From Chrysomallon squamiferum (lineage: Eukaryota; Animalia; Mollusca): a stretch of 64,000 bases of DNA. Where the stretch lies: positions 13,888,001 through 13,952,000 of the forward strand of contig CM022665.1 of assembly GCA_012295275.1 (NCBI GenBank). Reading direction: 5' to 3'. The translations under genes were made by a program, and so were the position numbers. The notes beneath the pieces were generated by a model that had not been told where the DNA came from, ran no database searches, and was given only the letters and a program-made list of their open reading frames with translations. Positions 38,301-53,848 of this stretch are shown one piece after another (the stretch's first letter is position 1; every line of letters begins with the position of its first letter).

Positions 38301-41300
38301 AATAAAGAATATTTTGTGTGACTCAGTGTGTGCAGAAGCTTAACCACAATCATGGTAAAGAGATATAGTTGCAGTCTGTGTAACAGTGATCAGTATCTAG
38401 AATGAATAGTTGGTGTAAAATTCATGCCTTTTCCAAAGCCTCAAGTGGATCCCTTTATGCGGAAGGCCACAGGAACAGCTGAATCCATTTTAGGTCCATT
38501 TTATTAGTAACATAAATTATATGGGTGACGTAATTTCCAGTTTTGATATTTGAAGATGCAGTAAATCATTTGTTACAAAACTGATTCCAACTGCACATCG
38601 AGATCTCACTTTACATATAATTCACTGTACAATAAAAACTTGAAAAAACAATATATTTTGTTTTTCTGTATAAACTGTATATTTTGTCTGACTACATGTC
38701 CATGGTGTATATTTACAATAAATATCTCATTAAAATAAGAAATCTGCACGTGTTGAAAAACATTAATGTACAGGGAAAAAACATTATTACTTAATATTAA
38801 TAAATATTAATTATTAGTAGTATTACTTTTTATATTTTTTTTGTATTTCATCACGATGAATAAACAAAATTTTAAAAATATTTTAAAAATTAGATTTTTG
38901 AACAAACATACTTTAAAGAAATAAACAACAAATCTACAAAATTTCATTATAATAACTAACTTAAAAAAACAAATATAAAAAATAAAAATAAATCAATTTG
39001 TCTCTTCACTAACTTCATACATCATAAAACTATAAGAAATTTAAAAAAATATGTAATGGAAGATTCATTTTGTAAAATTAAGCAGAATTAACATTTTCCC
39101 TGTCTTGAATACAACTTTTGAAGTTAGTGACAGGTATTTTCTCATGGAAATATGTAAAAATCACCCATATAATATTGTTAACTCAGTATTTTTGTTGTCA
39201 TTTCTTCTTCTTTGTTTTAATACAATCAAAGCTGAGTTTATTTCAAATGCTTGGTTCACCACTGCATCATTACATTTTATATTTTTTTAAAAATCAGTTT
39301 TTCTTATTTCGTCAACTAGGTGACATAAAAATGGAGCCTTCTTCATTCCAAAACATGTTAACATCATGAATGTGACCTTCATTGAAGTACTTGAAACCAT
39401 GCTGACAGCCTTTCAAAGATATAGTGGTATCTCTTAAGAGAATTCACTGGCAGATCAGATGATTTAGTCTCTGTGATTCAGCTGCCATTATTTTAAGCTT
39501 CTCTAACCTGGTAACAATCAGGTTACCTCCCTTTTGGGTGCAGAGGAGTCAATTATGTTTTTATGTTGTTTCAGGTTCAGGCAGAAGTTCCAGGTTCTCC
39601 AGTATTTGTCATGAAGTTAGCATCAGATGCCCGCCACCTTGAAGTTCAGCTGTTGGCTGATTGCTATGGAAATGCCATTTCTCTGTTTGGAAGAGACTGT
39701 TCCATTCAGCGCAGACATCAAAAGATTATTGAAGAGGCACCAGCAGAAATTGCTGTACCAGATGTTTTTGAGAAAATGGAGAAGGTAAAATAAGATTTTA
39801 AAAACATTTAATTTGTAAAAATTGTTCCCCAAAGGAGTGTAAAGGATGGGTTATTGATTTTTCAAAACTATTGACTCTGTCATATTTAAAATTAGTAATA
39901 TAAAAGTTTAATTACTGATACCTGCCTGATTTGTATGTTTATTTTCAAGCATATTCCTTTCTGAAAAGAAATATTAAAGAAATATATTCTTTTGATTTTG
40001 ATTTTATTTTTTTTATATTCATTTTTGTATTTGTTTTTTTAAATATATGTAATAATAAATTCTAGATTTCTGTTTATAATATCAGCTGAAACAAACAATT
40101 ACTTTTAAAAACTGAATTTCAGAGAATTCTGTAAAGTATTACTAATTATATTTTAAGATTGGAAGTAAATATTCTGTTTTACAGGCTGCAGTTTCTTTGG
40201 CTAAAGTTGTGGGCTATGTCAGTGCAGGGACGGTGGAATATCTCTACAATGCAGATACTGCTGAGTTTCATTTCCTGGAGTTGAACCCACGTCTTCAGGT
40301 GGAACATCCATGTACTGAGATGGTAGCTGATGTCAATCTGCCTGCTGCACAACTTCAGGTAACTTTTGGCTTTATTAACTTCTTTAGATTTGTGTTATAA
40401 TTAAAGACTTATTATGATCTGATTTGTCCAGATAGGCTCTTTCCATTACAACCAGTTTTACACATATCAAATATCCGTTAATTGATCAAGCACCTGTAGA
40501 ATGGTGAAAATAGTTGGGGTTTTGGTTTTACTTTCCTTTTTTTTTTCATACAATTACAAATTTTAAGTAAGACAAGGCAACTAATAATATAAAAGTTGAT
40601 TTGGTGTTGTCAGACCAATTTTCGTAGTAGTTAATTCAGTGACACTGAAAAATCAGGAGGATAGACATAATTAATTAAAATATTATAGTTTATTTTTTTC
40701 ATTACTGTTGACCCTCGATTTTATAGACCTTAGTTTTTCTAGATTTTGGGAAATCTGGACCAAATCTGTAAATATCACAAAATTATTTCCCAGATATGGA
40801 CTGGCAACTCATGAAGTGTCCAGTAGATCTCAGTTGGTGCTTTGTAAATATATGTGAGTGGAACAGCAACATAGTGTTTCCTCCAAATCATTGCTGTTTT
40901 TTCATTATTAAAAATATTTTTTGGGACTAGAGTGGTTTCTGTGGTTTCAAGACAATGAAGTGGAAGAACTAAAAAGGTGCATCTTAGTGTCAGTCTGAAG
41001 TTAGAAGTGATAGAACATCTTGAATCAGGCATTTCTGTATATTGTTGTTACATTATTATATAACTGTATTATACAGCTGTTACCTACTAAAGTTTAATGT
41101 TTTGGTAAGAGTTAGGGTTAATGTTTACATTTGCGATTTCCCAAACCTTTGGGGTTTTTTGGGACCAGTGCTCCCCCCCCACCAATTAGTCAGTGAAATC
41201 GATGGTCTAAGGTACATTATTAAGAGTGTTGGTGGGGGGTGAATTCTATTTTAATTTTTGTTTGAATGAATTGTGATTAAATATTCACTTTCCTTTATTT

Positions 41301-44300
41301 GTATGTAACAGATTGCAATGGGCCTTCCTCTGTGTAGAATAAAAGATATTAGATGTCTCTATGGTGAAGATCCCTGGGGAAGTTCTCAAATTTGTTTTGA
41401 AAACCCACCTATCAAGCCCAGGCCCAGGGGACATGTCATTGCAGCAAGAATAACCAGTGAAAACCCAGATGAGGTGAGTATTGATTATACAGTACGTTTA
41501 TCAATTTTCCAAAACAGATTTTGAAAAGGGTTACAAAATACTGCATAAAATAAAATAAAATAAGTTACCATAAAGCACTAGCACACATTTTTATACTGTT
41601 AGAAACCATCTAATGCATCTTCGTTCTTTTTTTAGGAGGGGAGTGAGGATTTTTTTTTCTTGTAAAATAAAAATGTAACAGTATAGAGAGAACTTTAAAA
41701 AAAAAAAAAAAAAAAAAAAATTATTCTCTTATTATCTGTTATTTTGAACAAATATAACAAAAATCATTTATGTTTTGTTTTTTTCACAGGGTTTCAAACC
41801 AAGTTCAGGAACTGTACAAGAGTTGAACTTCCGCAGCAACAAGAATGTATGGGGATATTTCAGTGTGGCTGCCTCTGGTGGTCTACATGAATTTGCTGAT
41901 TCTCAGTTTGGACACTGCTTTTCATGGGGAGAAGACAGAGAGGATGCCAGAGAGTAAGTTTGATAATACCGGAAATACAGACTCACCATCTGTTACTTGA
42001 AGTTCTTTGTACATTCCATACACAATCTACAGGCCTTATTTATCAGAAGATTTGCAATAAATAATTTAAAAGAAAAAATATCACATCTTTCCAGCCATCA
42101 GATGATGGACTATAGACCAATAAAACATTAATTAGCTTCAGTGTTACTGTTATTTTAGAAGGTAGAGAAAGCAAAGGTATTCTTCTCAGTGTGTACTGGA
42201 ATTTCACTGTTAATGAAACTGTCTTGATACTTGTGCATCTAATTGTCTGATATTTTATTATATTCTCCTTATAAGCAGATTCATTTTAGTTAGACAAAAC
42301 CAAGTTAAACAGCTAAAAGCTGCATATTTATATATATTTGTTGTTGTCTTTGAAAAATAATATTAATTTATGCATCATTATTTTAACCAGAAACCTTGTT
42401 GTTGCATTACGTGAACTGTCTATCCGGGGTGACTTCCGAACAACTGTTGAATACTTGGTGAAGTTGCTTGAGACCACCACTTACCAGGAGAACACCATCA
42501 CAACAGGTTGGCTTGACAACCTCATTCTGGAGAAAGTGCAGGCTGAAAAGCCAGACACCATGTTGGGTGTTATATGTGGCGCACTACACATAGCAGACCA
42601 GACTATTTTACGAAGCTTTCAAGACTTCCAGACCTCACTGGAAAGGTTTGTTTTATTCTGTGTTATCAGTTTAATTTCAGATTTAATTTCCATAAATTCT
42701 TATCTTTATAATTATTGGCATTAAGAATTTAAAGATTTCTCCATTTTAATTTATTTGTTGTAATAATATTTAATTAGGATTATGGATTTTGGTTATTATT
42801 ATTACTGACCTGAAATTATAACTGAACATCTTGTTATCTAAATAAAATGTACTCTGTTACATGTTTTATTTCAGGGGCCAAATTCTTCCTTCATCTTCAT
42901 TACGAAACTGTGCAGATGTTGAGTTCATCTATGAAGGAATCAAGTATTCACTTCAGGTTTATAATTATTTTCTAGTATTTTTATATTTATGATCCACTCA
43001 TAATAATAACATGCATTGTAATAATAAACAGATGAAATGCTCTTTAATTTATTTTTTAACAGGTAGTAAAAACAGGACCAACAAGTTACTTTATCTGTGC
43101 CAATGACAGTGTCCTTGATGTTGAAGTTCATAGGTTTGTTTGTCCTTTCTTTGATTTTTTTTTTTTCATTGATAAAAATTAAAATAATAATTAACATTTT
43201 CTCTTCGTGTGTCTGTGCCCGATATTGTCAACAAAATAAATGTTATCTGGAAGGATGAAATTTCTATATGAATTTATGCCTCCAGTTTATGCCATGAATA
43301 ACCTAAAAATGTTTTATTTTTTATAAATCAAAAAATTTCTGTGTAAGTATGTGCATGGATTATTTTATTAATGTAATTTTATTTTATTTATATTGCACGA
43401 GTTCTTAACATGTAAACAGTATGTTTTATTTTATTTGCAGAATGAATGATGGAGGTCTGCTGTTGTCCATTGATGGGTCAAGTTACACCACATATATGAA
43501 AGATCAGGTGGACAGTTACCGCATCACTATTGGCAACAAAACTTGTGTTTTACAAAAAGAAAATGACCCAACATTACTCAGGTGAATAGTTATTTGTTTT
43601 ATTTTGGCTAAAGAGAAATACCAAAATTTCTGCAAAATAGAAACATAAAAGATACATTTTTGTTTTTAGTTTTTTATTTGAATTTGTTATCATTTAATAT
43701 TATTATTTTTCAGAAATTGTTTTTTTAATAATTCTGTACTTAAAATCTGATATAACTTCTTTTGACTTGTTACATAATTTAATAGACTAATTCATACTTA
43801 AAATTATTATTATAATTTCTTAATTTTATTATTATTTTTTTTTTAATAATATATATTTTTTTAAGATGCACCAACAATTAGTTCACTTCTGCAATATATA
43901 TCTGAAAGTTAGTAACTAGTTAATATTTAATGTTTTTCTTCAGATCCCCATCTGCTGGAAAGTTACTCAACTACCTTGTGGAAGAGGGCAGCCATGTTTT
44001 TGCTGGTGATGTGTATGCCGAAATTGAAGTCATGAAGATGGTTATGGAACTCAGAGTCACAGAAAGTGGATGGTAAATTTGTTTTGTTTAAACATTACCA
44101 AAATTGGGATGATTATTAGAAATTTCGTTTTAATTTCTTAAGATATTAACCTTCGATATAACACTAAAGGTTTCTATTTTGGAAGTATATTTCTTACTTT
44201 ATTATATTTGTAAATATTCTAGATTCCATTAAAGAGGATAAAAAGTTGCTTTTTAATCATCCTCAATAATAAAGTAAAAATTTATAAAATTCATCAATTC

Positions 44301-47300
44301 TGTACCTTAATATAGTTCTTTTAATATGAATAAAATGTTGAAAGAACTGCATAAATTAATTTAAAAAAATATTATTTTTTGTTTCCTTCTTATGTGTATA
44401 TGTATGTATAAAATATTACTGTCGGTTTTAATCTATCATGTGTTTAATTATTAATAATACAAATGTTTTTGTTTTTGTTCATTTTAGCATACATTTTGTA
44501 AAAAGACCAGGTGCAGTTTTGGATCCTGGAAGTATCCTGTCACGCCTGACACTTGATGATCCTAGTCGAGTACAACAGGTCAGAGTTCATTCAGTGTAAA
44601 ATATCCTAAGATTATTAATTTAGTATACACATATATCTTAATATGGTCTTGGCATTCCTTTATTTCAGTGTAACAGTAAGTAGTTTCAAGTAAAACTATT
44701 GTCTTGTAGCCAGAAAATTTTATAATAATAATAATAATTAAAAAATTAATGAAATTTCTTTCAGTATTTATTCTTTTCTCTTTTTTTTTTAGTTTCATTT
44801 AAATACTTTATTGGGCATTTATAAAATTAGGCCTTTAAATTTCACAGCTTGTTTTTGTTTATTTTATGTATATATAATTTTTGATTTGTTTAAAGATATT
44901 AAGTCTTGTTTCAGAGACTATTTTAATTTATTTTAATTTATTACTAACTTTTTACAAATTCTCTCTTTAGGCACTTCCATTTCAGGGCAGCCTTCCAAGC
45001 CTACAGAACCCACCAACACATGGGATGAAGCTTCACCAAGTGTTTCAGCGAGCCCGTGCACAGCTGCAAAATGTTATGGCAGGCTACATCCTGCCTGAGC
45101 CATATTTCAAAGAAAGACTGAAAAACAATGTTTCTGTGCTCATGAAGTGTTTAAAAGATCCGTCACTTCCCCTGCTTGAATTGCAGGTATGTTAATGATG
45201 CTCATCCTTTATATATTTGACATCCAAACATTTTTAATACATTCAGTATATTTGAATATCAAGCATTTTTAACATTTATTTTTTTCACAGTAAATGGATT
45301 TAAATTTAAGTCCTTTGTATCTTTGATACCCAGACATTTTATTAATAATCAAGATATTTGAATATCAAGCATTATATTTTAAATAAAATTTGTTTCTAAA
45401 CAAATAAAATGATTTTAATTTACATCCTATGTATATTTGATATCCAGACTGTTTGTTTAAACTCAAAATAACTGAATAACAAGCATTTTATTTTACTTTT
45501 TTTAATTTTGAACATTTATTTTTATGTAGTGTGGATTTAAATTTATTTGAATTTACTTTTAAATTTTTGTTCATTTGGATAATTTTATGGTTTCTAATTT
45601 TGATGTATTTATAATAGAGTAAGCTCGGTTGAATATGTATTTACTTCAAAAATATGTGTGGTTTTGACAAAACTCCACATTTCACCTCTGTAATGTGTGT
45701 TTTTGTTTGTTTTAGATGCTACCATTTCTGCTAATTTTTAAAATGATAATTGAAAATTTATTCCCATATTTAAAGATTTGTATTATTTAGAGAATCTGAT
45801 GTAATGAAATTATTTAAAAATAAAGTAATAAAAAACATTCAAGCCTTTGTTCAAATTAACATGATCTGTTAATTCTGAATCCATATAAAATGTAATCAGT
45901 AAAGTTCCAAAGAATTTTGAAATTCTAGATTATAAGAAAAGAAAAAGGAAATATTTGTTGTGGTAATTTTATTTTGTTTCAGGAACTCATTGCTGTGATA
46001 TCTGGTAGAATTCCAGTGAAAGTGGAGCGAGCTATCCGCAAACTGATGTTGTCATACTCCAGTAATATTACCTCAGTTCTCTGTCAGTTTCCTAGTCAAC
46101 AGGTATGTAGCTTTCAACAGAAGGAATAAATCTATACTATAGGAAGAAGAAAAAAGTGTTTTGTTTTTTATCTCTGGTTATATGGTTTTGTACATTTGGC
46201 TTAGAACCATGTAAATCATCAGACAGAAATCATTATAACAGGCTACTCATTTCAAGTTAACAGCAAAGGATCTTCTGTTTAAATTTAAACCAATATATAA
46301 CATTGGTCTTGGATATCTTTCCTATGATTGGAAATAACCCAGCAGGATTCATCTTGCCATCTGTTACAACAGGATTACAAAAATAAAATATCTTTCATTA
46401 GGATATCATTGTTATCTTTTCTATTTCAGATTGCCAATGTAATAGATAGCTATGCAGCCACACTGACAAAAAGGACTGAGAGAGATGTGTTCTTTATGAC
46501 AACTCAAAGCATTGTTCAGCTGGTTCAGAGATACCGCAGTGGGATCAGAGGTCACATGAAGTCAGTTGTACAGGACATCCTCCGACAGTACATCAACATA
46601 GAAATACAGTTCCAACATGGTATTAATTATTCATATATCTCTTTTTTTTAATCCTTTCACGACAGCATTGATTAGAGACAGTTCATTTCAAAGATATCAG
46701 CTATGGCAGGCCAGTGTTTCTAAGTTACCTGAACTATCTCCATTTGTTTTGGGTCTTCACATTGAGTAACAGTTTCGTTTATGCATGCAAATACAGATTG
46801 TTGGTTTCCTGTAAACAGATTTATAGTGTTTAAAAATATTCATTAACTGTATAGTACCTGGTATAGTGGAGATTAGTCTGAATTTATATTTTACACTAAC
46901 AGTGATGATAAGATGATGACAATCAATATTCACAAATATAGGGAATGTTAGTACCATGATGTCTGATGTTGGTTGTGACCATGAAAATACATGCACTATA
47001 TCTAATTTATAATACAAATACGCTACATCTAACTTATTTTCTAGGGAACTATGACAAGTGTGTATGTCAACTGCGTGAGAAAAATAAGGATGACATGATG
47101 ACAGTTGTTGCCACCATTTTTTCAAATCTTGCTGTGCAGCAGAAAAATACTCTAGTGATTATGTTGATAGTAAGTGTAATGTATTGTTGTTATTGGGTGG
47201 ATAGTAAGTGTTTGATGAATTACTAGTATTTTTATTGGTAGTAAGTGAAATGTATTGCTAGTAATTTTGTTGATAGTAAGTGAAATGTATTGCTAGTAAT

Positions 47301-50300
47301 TGTGTTGATAGTAAGTGAAATGTATTTCTAGTTATTTTGTTGATAATAAGTTTAATGTATTGTTGATTATTGTGTGGACAGAAACTGTTTGATGTATTAC
47401 TAGTAATTTTATTCATAGTAAGCGAAATGCATTACTAAGAAGTTTGTTGATAGTAAGTCAAAATGTATTACTAGTAATTTTGTATGATAGTAAGTGTAAT
47501 TTATTGTTGGTCATTATGTGGACAGTAAGTGTTTGATATGTTGTTCATAGTAAGTGAAATGTATCACTAGTTATGTTAATAGTATGTATGTAATTTTGTT
47601 TGCTAGTCATTAAATAGATAATAAATATATGTTTATTCTAGTCATTATGATGACAGCAAATAGTGTTGTTAACTAAATGATTTTTTTTCTGTAGTGTTAA
47701 TATTAATTTTTGCTTCTTACTTATAGTGTCAGTGTTTTATATATTTTGTATAATTTACTGTGAGTAATTCTGAAGCTATAATATGAAATAAATTTATTTA
47801 GTAATAATACATTTTAAATGTATAAAATATATTTATTGCATAGGACCATCTGTGTGGGAAAGAGCCTGGTGTTACAGATGAGTTGGCTAATGTGCTTAAT
47901 GATTTAACACAGCTCAACAAGAAAGAAAATGCCAAGGTAGCACTGAGAGCTAGACAGGTAAATAAAGCTGTTTTTAAATTTACTAGGTAAATATAATGGG
48001 TAATAAAGGTATTTTTTAATTTAGTGGCATAAAATTTTGAAAGGTGAGAAAAGTTTTTATTTTATTTTATAGGTGAAAAATTTAGACAATACAATAAAAG
48101 TATTTTAACTCATTCACTGGATAATAAATTGAGAGTACCTAATTTTTCAGATAACAGTAAAATATATATTTTATTAAAAGAAAAATATAAAAAAAATGAA
48201 TGAAGTTTAGTTAATTTAAATTAGCAAAATGTGTTAAGGGATACTAAGTTACAACCTGCACCATCTGAATGTGGAAAATAAATTAAAAATTAACAAAAAT
48301 AATTTCTGTTATTATTTTTTCTTGAACTTGTAAAATTTAAAAGAATTAGTTTTTATTTAGCTTTATTTATTACTCTTTTCTTCTCTGTATTTTTTTTTTT
48401 TTTTTCTCGTTCTTTGTCATTTTTATATGTTTTTATTTTTATTTATTTATTTATTATTATTATTATTATTATTTTTTTTTTTTTTTCCAGTTTTTGAACT
48501 TAGTTTTTCTAAATTAATGTCAAAGTAATTTTTCATATGTTTTCTCATTCTAACCCATACATTTTTAATTCAGAGTAATGATAATGACTGTGTTTATTAT
48601 ATATGTTGATGTTTAGGTGTTAATTGCTGCCCATCAACCACCATATGAACTTAGACACAATCAGATGGAATCCATCTTCTTGTCAGCCATTGACATGTAT
48701 GGCCATGACTTCTGTCCAGAAAATCTACAGGTTTGTGTTCTGTCATTTAAGACTAGTATATTGTAAATTTACAATATCATATTTTATGTCATATTTCTTA
48801 GATTTTTATGAAATGATAGTATTTAAATGTAAAAGTGTGTTTTTATGTTTACTAATATTTAATTCAGACAGAAAACTAAAATGTTTGTTCAAATAAAACA
48901 GAACTGAAGCTTTAATTAATTAAATATAGAATTTTCGTGTAAAAAAAATAGCATTAGAAAGAAATATATAGACTTAACATTTCTGAACTTTTCTCTTCTC
49001 CTGTAGGAGGAACATTTTCAAAATTTAACTGCTTACTTCATTATTTTGCTCATACTGTGTTTTAAAATGGCATTCATATAAAATGTTAATTGCTCTCATT
49101 TTATCTGTATGTATTTATTACTATATTATTTAAGTTATTATTATCTCAACTTCACAGTAGCTCTTTCCTAAGCTTATAGAGTAAACAGTTACATAAACAC
49201 ATGTGAACATATTTGTTACAGAAACTGATTAATTCAGAGACAGCCATATACGATGTGCTTCAAGAATTCTTTTACCATCCCAACTCCTTGGTCAGGATTG
49301 CAGCATTAGAGGTTTGAACTATAATGAACAAAAACAATTCAGGGATCATGGAATATTTGTTAACATTGTTTTGATGGGTAATTGTCTTTACAGGAGGTGT
49401 GTTATTTGTAAAGACATGAAATTCAGAACTGGGAATATATTTTGATCAACAAAATAATTTTAGTTTTCTTTTAGTTGGATTAGTACTGTAATGTAACATG
49501 TGAAAATACTTCATGATCAATTACTGTTTTGTTCAGTTTATACATTATTCTTATATTTGTATCAACAGAATTTATTTAAATTTTGAATTTTTAATAACCA
49601 TTAGTTTGTTAACATCACTGTTTTTAAAATTAAATAGTGTGTTTTAAAAAAAAAACTTATAAACTTTAATTCTTAATTAAGTTCTAAAGATGTATTACAA
49701 CAAACTGACTGAATGTCATAATTCTATTATGTAAAAAATTTAATTAAATTTGTATATCTATTTTAAATTTATTGGAATTCTTTCATGTACAGAACTTATA
49801 AATTTTATCTTTTAAATCAGTTTTGGAACTGATAGAAAATAATACTTTATCTCTACTGCATTAATTTAACTCCATAATCATTTTGAGTTAAGGTTAATTA
49901 AAAAACAAATGATATATAATACTAGTTTATAACTGTATAATTAAACACTTCATGAGCACAGAAACATTGTTTTTCTGTTGTAGGTTTATGTAAGAAGAGC
50001 TTATATTGCTTATGAACTGCACTGTCTACAACACTGTGTCTCTGAGAGTGGTTTGTGTGTTGTAGAATTCAGATTTCTTTTACCAAGATCACATCCCAAC
50101 AGGTATTTTCCTTATGTTGTTTTGGATCGTTAAGTATACATGTGACTATATTACATATCAAAAAGTCATTTTGTTTGTTTTTATAAGACTTGGTAATAAA
50201 TCTAAAACTAGTACACAGAAGTATTAAAAACTTATTTTTTATTTAGGCACTTTAGTGTGTATAATATATTTAACTTTAGAGACATAGATGATATATGTAT

Positions 50301-53300
50301 TATAGACAGAAAAGCAGACACACACATGAACACATTTTCAAAAGTATGAAATGAAAAATAAAAAACTGTGATTTTTGTATCACTTTCTACAGACATACAA
50401 AAATACATAAAAGATACGTAAGAAAATAATTTGAAAAATTAAATAAGCAGGTTTACTATGTAATAAAATTTGATCACCAACGTCTAACTTCAGGCTGATG
50501 GTCACACGTTTTGACACCGGACTGCGTAACTTGTCAGCAATTGATGAAGAAGCTGCCAGGGCTGATCAGTATGAGGAATCACCTCTGTGTCAGAGAATGG
50601 GAGTAATGGCTGCATTTTCTTCATTCCAGGAGTGTCAAAAGTAAATTATTTTATTATATATGTTTAATAAATAGTAAAAAGTCTTCCTGAAATGTTCAAA
50701 GCAACTGAAATGTTCAAAAACATTTTCAGAACAAATCTAAAATAATTTATTTTAAGAATGATGTTAGTACTTCTGTAATTTATTTCCAGATATTGTAATA
50801 AACAGTCAAACAAAAATGTGTGTAAGAATAGTTAATGTGTTACAGATTTAAAAAACAAAAAACATTTGATAAACCAGTGCTCATTTCTTTCCCTAATCTC
50901 CTATCAGATTATATCATACATTTTTATTTATTATTTTCAAACTATTTAAAAAAATCTTTGGCCATTGCTATTTTAATTCTAACTGTCAAAAAAAGCATTA
51001 ACATATGTTTATTTACACTTTAATTCCTCTTTGACAGAATGATAAAATGTGAGAGATAAATGAATTAATGTTTCTGTTGTTTTCAGTCATTTCAATGAGC
51101 TGGTAGAACGGTTCTCACTTGATACCCCTCCTCAGAGTCCACTTCTGTCTGATGATGAAAACTTACTGGATGAGGAGTGTGCTTCACTGCAGGTATTCTT
51201 CTGTCAAAGTTGTGTTCCATTTTTTAACATCCTGGTACAATTATCAACATCCAGCTTAATACATTTTATTTATATTCCAAGATATTTGTCAGTGCTGTCA
51301 CTTTTGTACATGTATAATTACCAGTATTTTGAGCACCTCAACACATATTATTAATATTGTGAGATGCACATCAGCATGGTGAGATCCATATGTCAAGATT
51401 CTTCATATTTATCAGCACTTCCTCATTTGGTTTAATCTTCAAAATTAAGGCACATTTGTTATCAAAATATATATATATATATGCATATCATTTGATTAAT
51501 AATGTTTCTACAGACACTACAACTGTCACGTTAGAGAAAGCTTTAGCTCACACTAGGACTTTCCTTTCAAACAAATGTTTGCTGTATTTCCAGAGTCTGT
51601 CAGATGTAGATGATCCCATACACATCATCAATGTTGCTATCAAATATGACACCTTCATTGAAGACGATGATCTGGCTGAAACTTTCCAAGAATTCTGTAA
51701 AGAAAAGGTAAAACTTTGTTACATAACTCACAAACAGATATCCATGATTTGCTTTTATATTTGGTGGATTTGTGTGTCCTTTAATCCTACCTATCATAGG
51801 TTTGCTAGGATAAAAACTGCCAAATCTGTTTCAAGAAGTCATTTTTTTAATTTTTAGATACTGACACTCAACACCTTATCCTCACATGAGAATTGATCTA
51901 TCATCATTTTAGTATTTCCAACAGCTTCCTTATTTGTAGTACTTATAAATGTTTGCTGTATTTATAAATATATAATCTTCAGACTGTGCAACTGGGATTG
52001 TGATACAGTGCTGATTATATTATTTGTAAATATTTAACTTAATTTGTTTTCAGGCTTCCAGAATGTATGACAGAGGAATCAGAAGAGTAACATTTGTTGT
52101 TCTCTACAAGGTAATAGATCTTTTATTACATTTTCAAATCATAATGCAAAATCTATAGGAATTCTCTGAAAGAATTTTCCCTCTAATTTGTTGTTACTCT
52201 AATTTGTTGTTACTGTGCCACAAAAATTATAAAACTTAAAATCTGTTTCTTTTGCTGTTAAACACTATGACTTGTTCATAAGATTTATTTTAAAATTTTA
52301 TATACATTTGTTTTAGGCATTAGAAATATTGATACAGAGTTACTGTATGGTTAAATAAAAAGGTCATTTAATGGTAGTAATCAGAATTTAGTACAATTTT
52401 ATACTAACTTAAGTATTTATATTTTTCAACCAAAATATGGTTGTTGTTTGTTGTTGTTTTGTTTTTGTTGTTGTTGTTTAAATTATTTCTTTATAAAAGT
52501 AGTCCATGAATAATTAAACACAAATATATTTTTTTTAATTAGACTTGTCAAATATATAATTAACTGAATATTAATGTAATTCATTTTATATTCAAATGAA
52601 ATAACAGTTATAAATTATTGAAATTAAACAGTAATTTTTTTATTTCTTATTTAAAAAAAAAAAATCCAATTCCAAGTTCATAATCAAATTATGGCAACTC
52701 ATTTTCAACTTTTGCTGTAATTGATGGAGTGGGATGAATATTACTGCAAATATTTGATAATTGATAATTAACCCATCTCTGGATAAAATATTACCAGACT
52801 TAATTTTTAAATTATTATTTTCTTTCAGAGGACAGTTCCAAAATATTTCACCTATAGAGCAAAATTTGAGGTAAATTCTTTTAATATACACATGGTTTTT
52901 ATCTTTTATTTCAGTTTTTTTCATTTTGATATTTGTGCTTTAAGCCACTAGTCATTTTTCATGTAAAAGATTAAAGTAAATATATTGGAATTCCCATTGA
53001 ATAGTTTGAAATTTAATAATTAGACCTGTTATAGGAAGGAAACTGGTGTTTTTGGTAAATCAGCTTCAGTTACTAGTAAGTAAATTGTTTTCTATGAGTG
53101 GATTTGTCTTTCAAGTTAGTAATTTGAAGTTTCTTTAATTAGAATAGTGTATCTGTTGAGTAGATTTGAATTCACAATAAGAAATTTGATTTTCCAGTAA
53201 GCAGATTTGAGTTTCTGTTAAGGAGATTTGAGTTTACAGTAAGCAACCTGAAGTTTCCACTTTCAAAATAACTAAATGTTCAGAGGTTAATAAACAGAAT

Positions 53301-53817
53301 AATATAAAGTGCACTTCTTGATTGTTTGGTTGTGTGTTATCTACATTTTGGTTTTTATAACTATCAGAATTCTATAAATATCCCTGTGAAAAAAAATCAA
53401 CCAAAAAAAATTCCTTGAGATGTCTGAAATAGATTTTCTTCTTTTAATTTAAAAATTATTCTATGATTTATTTACATATCCTTGTTTCATTGCATTTCCT
53501 TCTGAAAACCTAGAATGTCCTTGAAAATAATACAGTATGAAGTATAAGAGCTCTGTTACAGGTGATAACTTAAAATATGTTGAGATCCATGATAACAGTA
53601 ATTAGAATATATTTTATTTTTAATCAGTTAATTTGTTTATATATGTCCAAATTATTATTGTTGTATTTGTTTTTGTAATTGTTGTTGTTGTTGTTTTAGT
53701 GAATGTTATACTTATTGTTATTAATATCTTTGTTGTATTATTTTTTATTGTTGTTTTTAGTGATAAAATAGACAGACAGGTATTCCTAATAAATAGTAAA
53801 AAGTCAAAATATTTGTC

Positions 53818-53848
<31 letters not shown>

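Noticed and set aside
47152-47600. CRISPR-like regular repeats (also 19637-19782)
   Set aside because: Units are head-to-tail with no unique spacers and no cas genes, in eukaryotic intron/UTR context; they are minisatellites.
50393-50417. AG/GT-bounded 25-nt segment after HPNR, where mammalian ACC1 has an 8-aa alternative insert
   Set aside because: 25 nt would shift the frame, and exons 49984-50102 and 50494-50640 already join in frame.
51390-51857. 155-aa ORF suggesting a longer ACC exon or an upstream acceptor at 51513
   Set aside because: Only 51594-51707 resembles ACC. The 51513 acceptor is out of phase and reaches a TAG within seven codons.
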